From Alphaproteobacteria bacterium (lineage in GTDB: Bacteria > Pseudomonadota > Alphaproteobacteria > JACZXZ01), in NCBI GenBank assembly GCA_035294245.1, contig DATGLG010000004.1, forward strand, positions 386,592 to 450,591: DNA of 64,000 nucleotides, given 5' to 3'. Both the position numbers and the translations under genes were made by a program. The notes under the pieces are model-generated. The model worked only from the letters and a program-made list of their open reading frames with translations, did not search any database and was not told the origin of the DNA. Below, in pieces: positions 8,957-17,793 of the stretch (its first letter is position 1; every line of letters starts with the position of its first letter).

Positions 8957-9274
8957 ATGGCTGAATACCGAGCCGAGCGAAATCCGAACTGGCCGCCCAC
9001 CCATCCCGGCGAGCTTCTGCGCAAGGACGTGCTGCCGGCGATGGGTGTGACCGTCAGCGAGGCGGCGCGCGAGATGAAGATCAGCCGACAGGCCTTGCAT
9101 GCCATCCTTTCCGGCAGGGCCGCCGTCACGCCGGCGATGGCCCTTCGCCTCGGGAAGTTCTGCGGTAACGGCCCCGACCTCTGGCTGCGCATGCAGCAGG
9201 CCCGCGATCTCTGGGAAGCCGAGCGCTCCCTGGCCGACGAGATCAAGCGGATTCCGACGCGTTCGGCGGCGTGA
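8957..9274 (+). CDS. higA: HigA antitoxin, XRE-family HTH protein
   Basis: PTHPGELLRKDVLPAMGVTVSEAAREMKISRQALHAILSGRAAVTPAMALRLGKFCGNGPDLWLRMQQARDLWEAE is a typical HigA/VapI HTH. It lies immediately downstream of higB in the toxin-first order typical of HigBA. An alternative start is at 8945. Confidence 0.75.
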   Translation: MAEYRAERNPNWPPTHPGELLRKDVLPAMGVTVSEAAREMKISRQALHAILSGRAAVTPAMALRLGKFCGNGPDLWLRMQQARDLWEAERSLADEIKRIPTRSAA

Positions 9275-9292
9275 GTGCGAATCGGGATTTTG

Positions 9293-9480
9293 CCATTTGC
9301 GCGATCGCTGCGCGAAGGCGATCCGCGGCGAGCAAATCGTGAAGCAAAGCCGGCCCCACTTCATCCGCTCCCCCTGGATCGCTGTCCGGAGGTTCGCCTC
9401 CCTCTTCGCCCCAAATTCGGGGCGGAGAGGGAGAGGAGCACCGCAGGTGCGACGAGGGTGAGGTGGGGTGTCGGCGATGA
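9293..9480. repeat. Palindromic intergenic repeat unit Y, copy 2
   Basis: Near-identical to 9637-9830 (2 mismatches noted) and ~80% identical to 8400-8580. It contains the same perfect hairpin CCCTCTTCGCCCCAAATTCGGGGCGGAGAGGG. Confidence 0.8.
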
Positions 9481-9514
9481 GCGCAACGGTCATCGCGCGC
9501 AGGTAGAATCGCTT

Positions 9515-9835
9515 CAAACGACGTCATCGCGAGGAGGCATCGCCGACGAAGCGATCCAGCATCGAGCGACACATCTACGGCTGGATTGCTTCGCTCCGCT
9601 CGCAACGACGACTTGAGCGCGAAGCAAGATTGCGCCATTTGCGCGATCGCTGCGCGAAGGCGATCCGCGGCGAGCAAATCGTGAAGCAAAGCCGGCCCCA
9701 CCTCATCCGCTCCCCCTGGATCGCTGTCCGGAGGTTCGCCTCCCTCTTCGCCCCAAATTCGGGGCGGAGAGGGAGAGGAGCACTGCAGGTGCGACGAGGG
9801 TGAGGTGGGGTGTCGGCGATGACGACGATCGGCAA
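9515..9835. repeat. Composite repeat X+Y, copy 3 (tandem to copy 2)
   Basis: 9523-9650 matches unit X at 8288-8414. 9637-9830 matches unit Y at 9293-9480. The block ends a few bp before the GST stop codon. Confidence 0.8.
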
Positions 9836-9856
9836 TGACGGACCGTCACCACCCCC

Positions 9857-10504
9857 TCAATAATCCAACCTCCCGCGCAGCTCGTCGAACGGCACCATGA
9901 CGTGCGCGCGGTAGGCGGGGCGCTCTTGGAGGCGGCGGTACCAGGCCTCGACATTCGGGACCGGCGGCCGCTCGATCTCCAGCTCGAAATAGCGATAGAG
10001 CGAGGTTCCCGCCGGGATGTCGGCGAGGCCGAGGGCGTCGCCGCCGAGATAGGGTTGGTCTGCGAGGACCTTGTCGAGGAGGCGGAAATGCCGCGCGCAG
10101 CGCGCGAGCATCTCGCGGATGGCGGGCCAGTCGCGCTCGGGCTCGGGCGTGCGGTAGAAGCCCCAGAACACCCCGCCGAGGAAATCGGGCTGCAACGTCG
10201 TCTGCGCCCAATCCATCCAGCCGTCGCCGCGGGCCCTGGCACCGGCATCGGCGGGCCAGAAGCGCGCGCCGCCATAGCGCGCCGCGAGATAGCGCAGGAT
10301 GGCGTGGGACTCCCACACCACCGTCCCGCCATCGGCGATGACGGGAACGCGGCCGTGGGGATTCATGGCGAGGAAGGTCGGCGCGTCGAGCCCGCCGAAC
10401 GCGCCGCCCGCCGGGATGTGCTCATGGGCGAGGCCGAGCTCGCCCACCAGCCACATCACCTTCTGCACGTTGAACGAGCTGCGGCGTCCCCAGATCCTGA
10501 GCAT
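9857..10504 (-). CDS. Glutathione S-transferase
   Basis: MLRIWGRRSSFNVQKVMWLVGELGLAHEHIP…RVPVIADGGTVVWESHAILRYLAARYG shows the GST N-terminal thioredoxin-like fold motifs; a C-terminal GST domain follows. The internal Met is chosen; the track ORF extends to 10570. Confidence 0.8.
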   Translation of the reverse strand: MLRIWGRRSSFNVQKVMWLVGELGLAHEHIPAGGAFGGLDAPTFLAMNPHGRVPVIADGGTVVWESHAILRYLAARYGGARFWPADAGARARGDGWMDWAQTTLQPDFLGGVFWGFYRTPEPERDWPAIREMLARCARHFRLLDKVLADQPYLGGDALGLADIPAGTSLYRYFELEIERPPVPNVEAWYRRLQERPAYRAHVMVPFDELRGRLDY

Positions 10505-10686
10505 CGCGGGCTTGGCATCGCGGAATGACGCGCCAAGGTGGGTGCGCGGCACCGTCGCCGTCAAGGGCAAATCCCGCGAGGGCGCCGGTGCGATTGCGCT
10601 TGATTCTGCCGCCGCCGCCTTCTTACATCAGGAGCGCGCGCCGCGACGCGGTTGCGGCGCGCGTGGCGGTGCGGCGGAGCAGGCGC

Positions 10687-13600
10687 ATGAGCGGTCTCAA
10701 GCTGGCACATGGATTGGCCTTCGAGGCGCTCTATACGCGCGAGGGCTGCCTGCGCCTCGACGCGCTCTTCTGCGAGCGCCTCAAGGGAGCCGATACGGCC
10801 CTCTTCGATCGCCTCATGGCCGGGCGCGCCGATCCCGAGTCCCTCGCGGCCCGCGACGAGGGCGAGCTTCTCATCGCCCTTGCGCCCCATCTCGAGGATT
10901 TCCTCGCCGAGCTTTTCGGCATCGAGGCCGAACTCGCCGCCCTCGAGGCGGTCCATGAGGCGCTCGCCCCCCTCTTCACCTGCAAGCGGCTCTTCGTGCA
11001 GCGCGATGCGAGCCGCGCCCATAAGGAGGCGGAGGCCGCGAGCTTCGACGGCGATGCCCTGCGCCGGGCCCTCGACGCCCATCTCGGCGCCGGCTGGGAC
11101 GAACTCGCCTTCGCGACCAAGGTGATGGCGTGGCGCGAGGCCGAGGCCGATCACGCCGAGGCCCTCGATCTTGCGCGCCGCTACGCCGCCTGGGCGCTCC
11201 ACAGCGAAGCGGGCCGGACCCGCCATCGCGACGGCGTCCTCTTCAAGATGCCGCACAAGACCGATCCCTATCATCTCGTCCCCGTCGAGACGGAGACGGT
11301 CGACGGCCATGCGGTGATGCGCGTCAATATGAGCCACGCGCCGCGCCGCGAGGGCTTCGACCTCACCGATCCGGGGGCCGATCTCACCCTCGGCCTCGAC
11401 GATGTCAATTACTGCATCTGGTGCCACACCCAGAACAAGGATTCCTGCTCCAAGGGCCTCAAGGAGAAGCAGGGCGAGGGCTTCCGCAAAAGCGTCTTCG
11501 GCGTCACTCTCGCGGGCTGCCCCCTCGAGGAGAAGATCTCGGAGATGCATACCCTCAAGGCCTCGGGGCATCCTCTCGGCGCGCTCGCCGTCATCTGCGT
11601 CGACAATCCCCTCTGCGCCGCGACGGGGCACCGCGTCTGCAACGACTGCATGAAGGCCTGCGTCTACCAGCGCCAGGAGCCCGTCAACATCCCGCGCAGC
11701 GAGAGCCGCATCCTCAAGGACGCCATCGAGCTGCCCTGGGGCGTCGAGATCTACGGGCTGCTCGGCCGCTGGAACCCCCTCAACCTGCGCCGGCCGGTGC
11801 CGAAGCCGCCCACGGGCCGCAAGGTGCTGGTGGTGGGGCTGGGGCCGGCGGGGTTCAACCTCGCCCATCATTTGCTCAACGAGGGCCACAGCGTCGTCGC
11901 CATCGACGGGCTCAAGATCGAGCCCCTCGATCACACCCTCTCCGGCGTCACGCCCGAGGGCAAGCGCGTCGCCTTCCGGCCCGTCGAGCGCTTCGCCGAT
12001 ATTCGCGAGCGCCTGGATGAGCGCACCCTCGCCGGCTTCGGCGGGCTCTCGGAATACGGGATCACCGTGCGCTGGGACAAGAACTATCTCAAGGTGATCC
12101 GCCTTCTCCTCGAGCGCCGCGCCGAGTTCGCCATGTATGGCGGCGTGCGCTTCGGCGGCACCATCGACGTGGACGGAGCCTGGGCGCTCGGCTTCGATCA
12201 CATCGCCCTCTGCATCGGCGCCGGGCGCCCCACCATGCTCGAGGTGCCGAACGGCCTCGCCCGCGGCGTGCGCGCCGCCAACGACTTCCTCATGGCCCTC
12301 CAGCTCGGCGGCGCCGGCAAGACGGAGTCGCTCACCGACCTCCAGCTCCGGCTTCCCGTCGTCGTCATCGGCGGCGGCCTGACGGCGGGGGACACGGCGA
12401 CGGAATCCTTGGCCTACTATCCAATCCAGGTGGAGAAGTTCCTCGCCCGCTACGAGGCGCTCGCGGCCGAGCGCGGCGAGGCGGCGGTGCGCGCCGGCTG
12501 GGGTGAGGAGGAGCGCTGTGTCGCCGACGAGTTCATCGCCCATGCCCGCGCCATCCGCGCCGAGCGCGCGGCGGCGGCGCGGGAGGGGCGGGCGCCGCGC
12601 ATCCGCGAGCTGGTCGATTCCTGGGGCGGGGTCACCATCGCCTATCGCCGCCGCCTCATCGATTCGCCGAGCTACACCCTCAACCACGAGGAGGTGGAGA
12701 AGGCGATGGAGGAGGGCGTGCGCTTCGCCGAATGCCTCGCCCCCGAGGCCGTCGAGCTCGACCAATTCGGCCACGCCGCCGCCTTGCGCATGCGCCGCAC
12801 CAGCGTCGGCGCCGACGGCAAGCTCGCCGAGACCGGCGAGAGCGTCACCCTCCCGGCGCGCGCCATCCTCGTCGCCGCCGGGACCCAGCCCAACACCGTG
12901 CTCGCGGACGAGGACCCGCGCCGCTTCCGCCGCGACGGGCGCTACCTCCAGGCGATCGACGAGGCGGGCCGCCCGGTCAAGCCGGAGCGCGTGTCCAAGC
13001 CGCAGCAGGCGGAGCTCCTCGTCCATCTCGACGGCGAGGGCCGCGGCATCACCGCCTTCGGCGATCTCCACGCCTCCTTCGCCGGCAATGTGGTGAAGGC
13101 GATGGCGAGCGCCAAGCATGGCGCCGCCCTCATCACCCGTCTCCTCGCGCGCCGTCCGCCGGCGGCGGCGCCATCGACGTCAGAATCCTTCTTTGCCGGG
13201 CTCGACGCAGCCTTGCGCCCACGCGTGGCCCAGGTGACGCCGCTCGCCCCCGGCTTCGTCGAGATCGCCGTCACCGCACCCCTTGCCGCGCGCGCCTGGC
13301 GGCCTGGGCAGTTCTTCCGCCTGCAGAATTTCGAGGCCCTGGCGCAGCGCCGCGGCGGCACGCCGCTCGCCATGGAAGGCGTCGCCGCCTTCCCCGCCGC
13401 GGTTGATCCCGCGCGCGGCCTCGTCTCCCTCGTCCTCGCCACGGATTCGGGGTCGCGCCGCCTCGCGGCGCTCCTTGCCCCCGGCGAGCCCGTCGCCCTC
13501 ATGGGCCCGAACGGCGTGGCCCTCGAGCTGCCCGAGCAAGGCACAATGGTCTTCGCCGGCGAGGGCTTCGGCTGCGCCGCCTTGGTGCCGCTCTCCGCCG

Positions 13601-14163
13601 CCGCCCGATCGCGCGGCCTCTCGACAGTCATCCTCGCCGCCTTTGCCCGTGCCGACGCCGTCTTCAAGCAGGCGGAGATCGAGGCCGTCGCCGATCGCGT
13701 CCTCTGGCTCGCCGGCTCGGGCCCAGCACCCGCGCCGCGGCGGCCCCAGGACGCGGCGATGACCGGGGATCTCGCTGCTGCGCTCGGCGCCCTCGAAAGG
13801 GATGCCAACGTCGCCCCCCTCGCGTCCCTCCCGCCGGTGGCGCGAGTCGTCGTGCTCGGTCCCGACGAAGCCATTGTTTCGCTTAGATCTTTCGGCGGAG
13901 ATGGGACCGCCGAGGGGGTCGGGACCGCGCAAAGATGGGGAGCCATAGTCGCCCCCATGCAATGCATGATGAAGGAGGTCTGTGCCCGCTGCCTCCAGCC
14001 GGTGCGGAATCCCGCGACCGGCAAGAGCGAGCTCGTCTTCGCCTGCGCCCATCCCCACCAGCCGCTCGCGGATGTGGACCTGGCCGCGCTTGCGGCCCGC
14101 CTCGGCCAGAACCGCCTTCAGGAAAACCTGACGTCTCAATGGCTTGCGCGGCTGTTGCCGTAG
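10687..14163 (+). CDS. Large multi-domain flavoprotein oxidoreductase. N-terminal ~230 aa unknown domain, then a Cys-rich Fe-S region plus GltD/NfnB-like FAD/NAD(P)-binding module, then a PyrK/NfnA-like FAD-binding module ending in a four-Cys C-terminal motif.
   Basis: Cys clusters: CIWCHTQNKDSCSKG… and CVDNPLCAATGHRVCNDCMKAC. Rossmann motifs: VLVVGLGPAGFNLA and VVVIGGGLTAGD. C-terminal region: RPGQFFRLQNF… MGPNG… CMMKEVCARCL…C, an FNR/PyrK-like arrangement. The Met at 10687 is chosen over the ORF start at 10525. Confidence 0.7.
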   Translation: MSGLKLAHGLAFEALYTREGCLRLDALFCERLKGADTALFDRLMAGRADPESLAARDEGELLIALAPHLEDFLAELFGIEAELAALEAVHEALAPLFTCKRLFVQRDASRAHKEAEAASFDGDALRRALDAHLGAGWDELAFATKVMAWREAEADHAEALDLARRYAAWALHSEAGRTRHRDGVLFKMPHKTDPYHLVPVETETVDGHAVMRVNMSHAPRREGFDLTDPGADLTLGLDDVNYCIWCHTQNKDSCSKGLKEKQGEGFRKSVFGVTLAGCPLEEKISEMHTLKASGHPLGALAVICVDNPLCAATGHRVCNDCMKACVYQRQEPVNIPRSESRILKDAIELPWGVEIYGLLGRWNPLNLRRPVPKPPTGRKVLVVGLGPAGFNLAHHLLNEGHSVVAIDGLKIEPLDHTLSGVTPEGKRVAFRPVERFADIRERLDERTLAGFGGLSEYGITVRWDKNYLKVIRLLLERRAEFAMYGGVRFGGTIDVDGAWALGFDHIALCIGAGRPTMLEVPNGLARGVRAANDFLMALQLGGAGKTESLTDLQLRLPVVVIGGGLTAGDTATESLAYYPIQVEKFLARYEALAAERGEAAVRAGWGEEERCVADEFIAHARAIRAERAAAAREGRAPRIRELVDSWGGVTIAYRRRLIDSPSYTLNHEEVEKAMEEGVRFAECLAPEAVELDQFGHAAALRMRRTSVGADGKLAETGESVTLPARAILVAAGTQPNTVLADEDPRRFRRDGRYLQAIDEAGRPVKPERVSKPQQAELLVHLDGEGRGITAFGDLHASFAGNVVKAMASAKHGAALITRLLARRPPAAAPSTSESFFAGLDAALRPRVAQVTPLAPGFVEIAVTAPLAARAWRPGQFFRLQNFEALAQRRGGTPLAMEGVAAFPAAVDPARGLVSLVLATDSGSRRLAALLAPGEPVALMGPNGVALELPEQGTMVFAGEGFGCAALVPLSAAARSRGLSTVILAAFARADAVFKQAEIEAVADRVLWLAGSGPAPAPRRPQDAAMTGDLAAALGALERDANVAPLASLPPVARVVVLGPDEAIVSLRSFGGDGTAEGVGTAQRWGAIVAPMQCMMKEVCARCLQPVRNPATGKSELVFACAHPHQPLADVDLAALAARLGQNRLQENLTSQWLARLLP

Positions 14164-14187
14164 CGATCCCGATGCAGTGAGACCACA

Positions 14188-15390
14188 ATGACCGGCTTCC
14201 GAACCCTCGACGACCTCGACGTGCGCGGCAAGCGCGTCCTCGTGCGCGCCGACCTCAACGTGCCCATGAAGGACGGCAAGGTGACCGATACGACGCGGAT
14301 CGACCGCCTCGTCCCCACCTTCGATGAGCTGGCGCGGCGCGGCGCGCGAGTCGTCGTGCTCTCCCATTTCGGCCGGCCCAAGGGCAAGCGCGTGCCGGAG
14401 CTCTCGCTCAAGCCCATCGTGGCACCGCTGAGCAAGGCCCTCGGCGGGCGCGCCGTGGCCTTCGCCGGCGACTGCGTCGGGCCGGCGGCGCAGGCGGCGG
14501 TGGCGAAGCTCACCGACGGCGAGGTCGCCATGCTTGAGAATTTGCGCTTCGAGCCGGGCGAGGAGGCCAATGATGCCGGCTTCGCGCGCGCGCTTGCGAG
14601 CCTCGGCGATCTCTATGTGGATGACGCCTTCTCCTGTGCCCATCGCGCCCACGCCTCCGTCGAGGCGCTGGCGCGGCTGCTGCCCGCCGCCGCCGGCCGG
14701 CTGATGGAGGCCGAGCTCAAGGCGCTGCGCGGCGCCCTCGATCATCCGCAGCATCCCGTCGCCGCAATCGTCGGCGGTGCCAAGGTGTCGACTAAGCTCG
14801 AGCTTCTCGGCAATCTCCTGCGGAAGGTCGACGCCCTCATCATCGGCGGCGGGATGGCGAATACCTTCCTCGCCGCGCAGGGGCGGGAGGTGGGCACATC
14901 CCTTTGCGAGCGTGATCTCCTCGACACGGCACGCGACATCCTCGCCCAGGCGGCGCAGCGCAAGGCCGATATCCTTCTCCCCCAAGACGCCGTTGTGGCC
15001 GCGAAGCTCGCGCCGAATCAGCCGACGCGAACCGTCCCCGTCTCCTCGGTTCCGGCGGACCAGATGATTCTCGATATCGGTCCCGCGACGGCGACTTCGC
15101 TTGTCGAGCGCCTCGGCGCCTGCCGCACGCTGGTGTGGAACGGTCCCCTCGGCGCCTTCGAGACGGCACCCTTCGACGCCGGCACCAACGCCGTGGCGCA
15201 GGCCGCGGCGCGCTTGACCAAGGCGGGCAAGCTCCTCAGCGTCGCCGGGGGGGGCGACACTGTCGCCGCCCTCGCCCATGCCGGCGCGCTCGACGCCCTC
15301 TCCTATGTCTCGACGGCGGGCGGCGCTTTCCTCGAATGGCTCGAAGGCAAGACGCTTCCGGGCGTCGCCGCACTCGAGGCGAGGGCGTAG
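14188..15390 (+). CDS. pgk: Phosphoglycerate kinase
   Basis: RADLNVPM…, hinge and C-terminal GGGA motifs are present. 400 aa, full-length PGK. Confidence 0.95.
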   Translation: MTGFRTLDDLDVRGKRVLVRADLNVPMKDGKVTDTTRIDRLVPTFDELARRGARVVVLSHFGRPKGKRVPELSLKPIVAPLSKALGGRAVAFAGDCVGPAAQAAVAKLTDGEVAMLENLRFEPGEEANDAGFARALASLGDLYVDDAFSCAHRAHASVEALARLLPAAAGRLMEAELKALRGALDHPQHPVAAIVGGAKVSTKLELLGNLLRKVDALIIGGGMANTFLAAQGREVGTSLCERDLLDTARDILAQAAQRKADILLPQDAVVAAKLAPNQPTRTVPVSSVPADQMILDIGPATATSLVERLGACRTLVWNGPLGAFETAPFDAGTNAVAQAAARLTKAGKLLSVAGGGDTVAALAHAGALDALSYVSTAGGAFLEWLEGKTLPGVAALEARA

Positions 15391-15411
15391 AGCGGGGCTC
15401 GGCTCGCGCCG

Positions 15412-16629
15412 CTACGATCGAGGCTTCTTCGCGTTGGGGCTTTCCAGGCGGCGGATGGCATCCAGGAAATCGGGGTCGCGCTGCCAGCGCCGCAGCAGGT
15501 TCTTCGCGGCGGGGATGTCCAGCCGGTCATAGAAATCGAGAACCTGGCTGACCTCGTTCGGATCGACGATCTGATCCCCCGGCCGCGCCTTGCGGCTCAG
15601 GAGGAAGATGGTCGCGAAGACCGCCTTCTCGATGCCGATGGCGCGACAGGCAATGGCGAGGGCCTCGCCGCCGGGCTCGAACATGAAGCGCCGCAGAAGC
15701 ACGTCCCGCAGCCCCGTGAGGCGGGACAGCAGCGCCTCGAAGAGCGGGATCTCGCCTTCGCGAAGCACCTTCACGAGGAATTGCGGCGTGGCGGCGTGCG
15801 ACTTGATCAGCGCCTCCGCGAGCTCGGCGGTCGGCCGCGACGCCGAGGTGTCGTCGCCGAGGATCGAGCGGATCGAGCTCTCAAGCGAATCGTCGAGCTC
15901 GGTGGGGTCGATGGCGAATTTGTCGAGGATATGCTTCCGCAGCGCCGCGGAGACCCAGTAGTACATGCGCTTGGCGAGCGCCGGCGGGAGATCATTGCGC
16001 CGCAGAAGAGGGTTCTGGTAGCTGTCGATCCGCTTCGATTCCTCGACGAGATACTCGAGCGTCATGCGCGAGATCTGCGCATTCGGGTTCTCGAGAAGCG
16101 AGGTAACGACAGCCGGATTGTTAGTCTCGACCAGGGCATCGGAGACCGGCTCGCTCAATGACCGCCTCAGCGTGATCGCGAGCTGATGCTCGAGCGTGCG
16201 GTGACGGACGATCTCGATGAGCTCCGCATCGTGCAGGGCGTCACTCTTCACCAGAATTGGATACGCGACCTCGATCTGATCATTAGCGAGCTCGACGATG
16301 AGCTCGCGCGGCGCCGACGACTTGTCCGCCAGGCGCTCGGCCAAGGTGCGCCGGACCGACATCTCCGCGTCGTGAATGAGCTGCCGCAGGATGTCGATCA
16401 TGAGCGTGCGCTCGCGATCGCTCAGCACCTTCGCCTGGTCGAAAAACAGGTCGCTGACGGTTTCGGCCAGTCGCGTGCGCGCGGCGACGGTCTTGTCCCG
16501 CGCCAGACTCAGGAGTTGTTCCACCGTATTCACGCTGAGGGCCAGTACCAATCCGAACCTCCACGGCGGCTGCGAGAAGCTCGCATCCTCATGGCTGATG
16601 CCGTACCTTGCAAAGGAAACGGTTAACAA
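15412..16629 (-). CDS. DUF2336 family protein (alphaproteobacterial conserved hypothetical), 405 aa
   Basis: Helical repeat protein with typical DUF2336 sequence (…ALLENPNAQISRMTLEYLVEESKRID…RRNDLPPALAKRMYYWVSAALR…). Convergent with pgk. Confidence 0.7.
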   Translation of the reverse strand: MLTVSFARYGISHEDASFSQPPWRFGLVLALSVNTVEQLLSLARDKTVAARTRLAETVSDLFFDQAKVLSDRERTLMIDILRQLIHDAEMSVRRTLAERLADKSSAPRELIVELANDQIEVAYPILVKSDALHDAELIEIVRHRTLEHQLAITLRRSLSEPVSDALVETNNPAVVTSLLENPNAQISRMTLEYLVEESKRIDSYQNPLLRRNDLPPALAKRMYYWVSAALRKHILDKFAIDPTELDDSLESSIRSILGDDTSASRPTAELAEALIKSHAATPQFLVKVLREGEIPLFEALLSRLTGLRDVLLRRFMFEPGGEALAIACRAIGIEKAVFATIFLLSRKARPGDQIVDPNEVSQVLDFYDRLDIPAAKNLLRRWQRDPDFLDAIRRLESPNAKKPRS

Positions 16630-17209
16630 ACATTTAGGCGGGCATCACATTAACGCTAGCGACCCCTGCGGTTCCGGGGGCGGATCGTGCTGCCGTGAGA
16701 CGGCGCCGGCGATGGCAAGGCGACACCAAGCGGAGGTCTGGGGCCATCCAGCCGGGCTCGCCGTCGCGAAGAATGGCAGCCGACTCATCGCCGACGACGT
16801 CAGCCAATCGATTTGGCGCGTCAGCTATCCGCGCCGATTTTCCAGGGCTTAGTCTTCCCGCAACTTGCCTTAACGACTTGTTAAGCGCTTCGCCGTCAGG
16901 CTGGCCTCGTTTCCCGCGACGAGAGGACGCGCATGCCGATCGCACCCACCAGCAGCCTCCTCCAAGCCCTTGCTCAAACGACACCGCCCCACGCAACGGC
17001 ACGGCCGCAGGCCGTTGCGCGCCCCACCGCAGTCGCGCAAGCTCAACGCGTGCCGTCGCCGCCAAGTGCCGGGGCAAGCGCTCCGGCGCCAAGTCGCGGC
17101 CCCCTGCCGCGCGGCAGTCTGGTGAACATCCTCGCCTGACGGCTGCCACGGCGGTGCGGGCCCGCGCCGCCGCCTTGTCTCCCTTCGGGCTATGGTTCAG
17201 AGTAGGGCC

Positions 17210-17770
17210 ATGCCCGAGACGACAAGACCTCCGGGGCCCGGTCTCAAAGGTCCGAGCGTGCGCGCTGTGCCCGAAGGGGACAATCGCGAGCGCCTGATGT
17301 GTCCCGATTGCGGCTTCATCCAATACGACAATCCCAAGATCGTCGTGGGCGCCGTCGTGCATTGGGACGGGCATGTCCTCCTCGTCAAGCGTGCGATCAA
17401 CCCGCGGCGCGGCTTCTGGACACTGCCGGCCGGCTATCTCGAGCTCAACGAGACCACGCAGGAAGGCGCTCTGCGCGAGGCCTATGAAGAGGCGCGCGCC
17501 AAGATCGCGCTCGAGGGATTGCTTGCCGTCTATAATATCCCGCGGCTGAGCCAGGTGCAGCTCATCTATCGCGCGCGCCTGCTCTCGCCTGCCATTGCAC
17601 CGGGACCCGAAAGCGAGGAGGTCGGGCTGTTCGGCTGGGACAAAATTCCGTGGGATGATCTCGCCTTTCCCTCCGTGCGCTGGGCGCTCGGCCATTTTCG
17701 CGAGATCGGCACCGCCGAGAGCTTCGCCGTGCGCACCAACCCGGCCGGCGAGCTCGGCAATATGCTGTGA
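17210..17770 (+). CDS. NUDIX hydrolase with N-terminal zinc-ribbon
   Basis: CPDCGFIQYDNP zinc ribbon followed by the Nudix box GFWTLPAGYLELNETTQEGALREAYEEA. Confidence 0.8.
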   Translation: MPETTRPPGPGLKGPSVRAVPEGDNRERLMCPDCGFIQYDNPKIVVGAVVHWDGHVLLVKRAINPRRGFWTLPAGYLELNETTQEGALREAYEEARAKIALEGLLAVYNIPRLSQVQLIYRARLLSPAIAPGPESEEVGLFGWDKIPWDDLAFPSVRWALGHFREIGTAESFAVRTNPAGELGNML

Positions 17771-17793
17771 CGGCACAACCTGGGCTGCGGGCC

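Noticed and set aside
8154-9701. ORFs 8154-8495(-), 9243-9701(-) and 8744-9517(-), which encode repeated peptide segments (…LLAADRLRAAIAQMAQSCFALKSSLRAERSNP…)
   Set aside because: The duplicated peptide is simply the translation of repeat unit X/Y present in several copies. The ORFs run through palindromic repeats and overlap higBA on the opposite strand, so they are not genes.
8283-9835. Possible CRISPR array (repeated sequence blocks)
   Set aside because: The units are 130-190 bp, of two types, irregularly spaced, and themselves internally palindromic over 30+ bp. There are no short uniform repeat/spacer periodicity and no cas genes. They were classified as MITE/RIME-like repeats instead.
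10525-10686. Upstream extension of the large oxidoreductase ORF (start at 10525)
   Set aside because: The extra 54 residues (MTRQGGCAAPSPSRANPARAPVRLRL…RRSRR) are Arg/Pro/Ala-rich non-coding-looking sequence lying in the divergent promoter region with the GST gene. The Met at 10687 begins the conserved-looking sequence.
16933-17139. 68-codon Ala/Pro/Gln-rich ORF as a feature call
   Set aside because: It has a plausible RBS, but the composition is what a GC-rich random frame produces. It is kept only as a low-priority finding, not annotated as a CDS.
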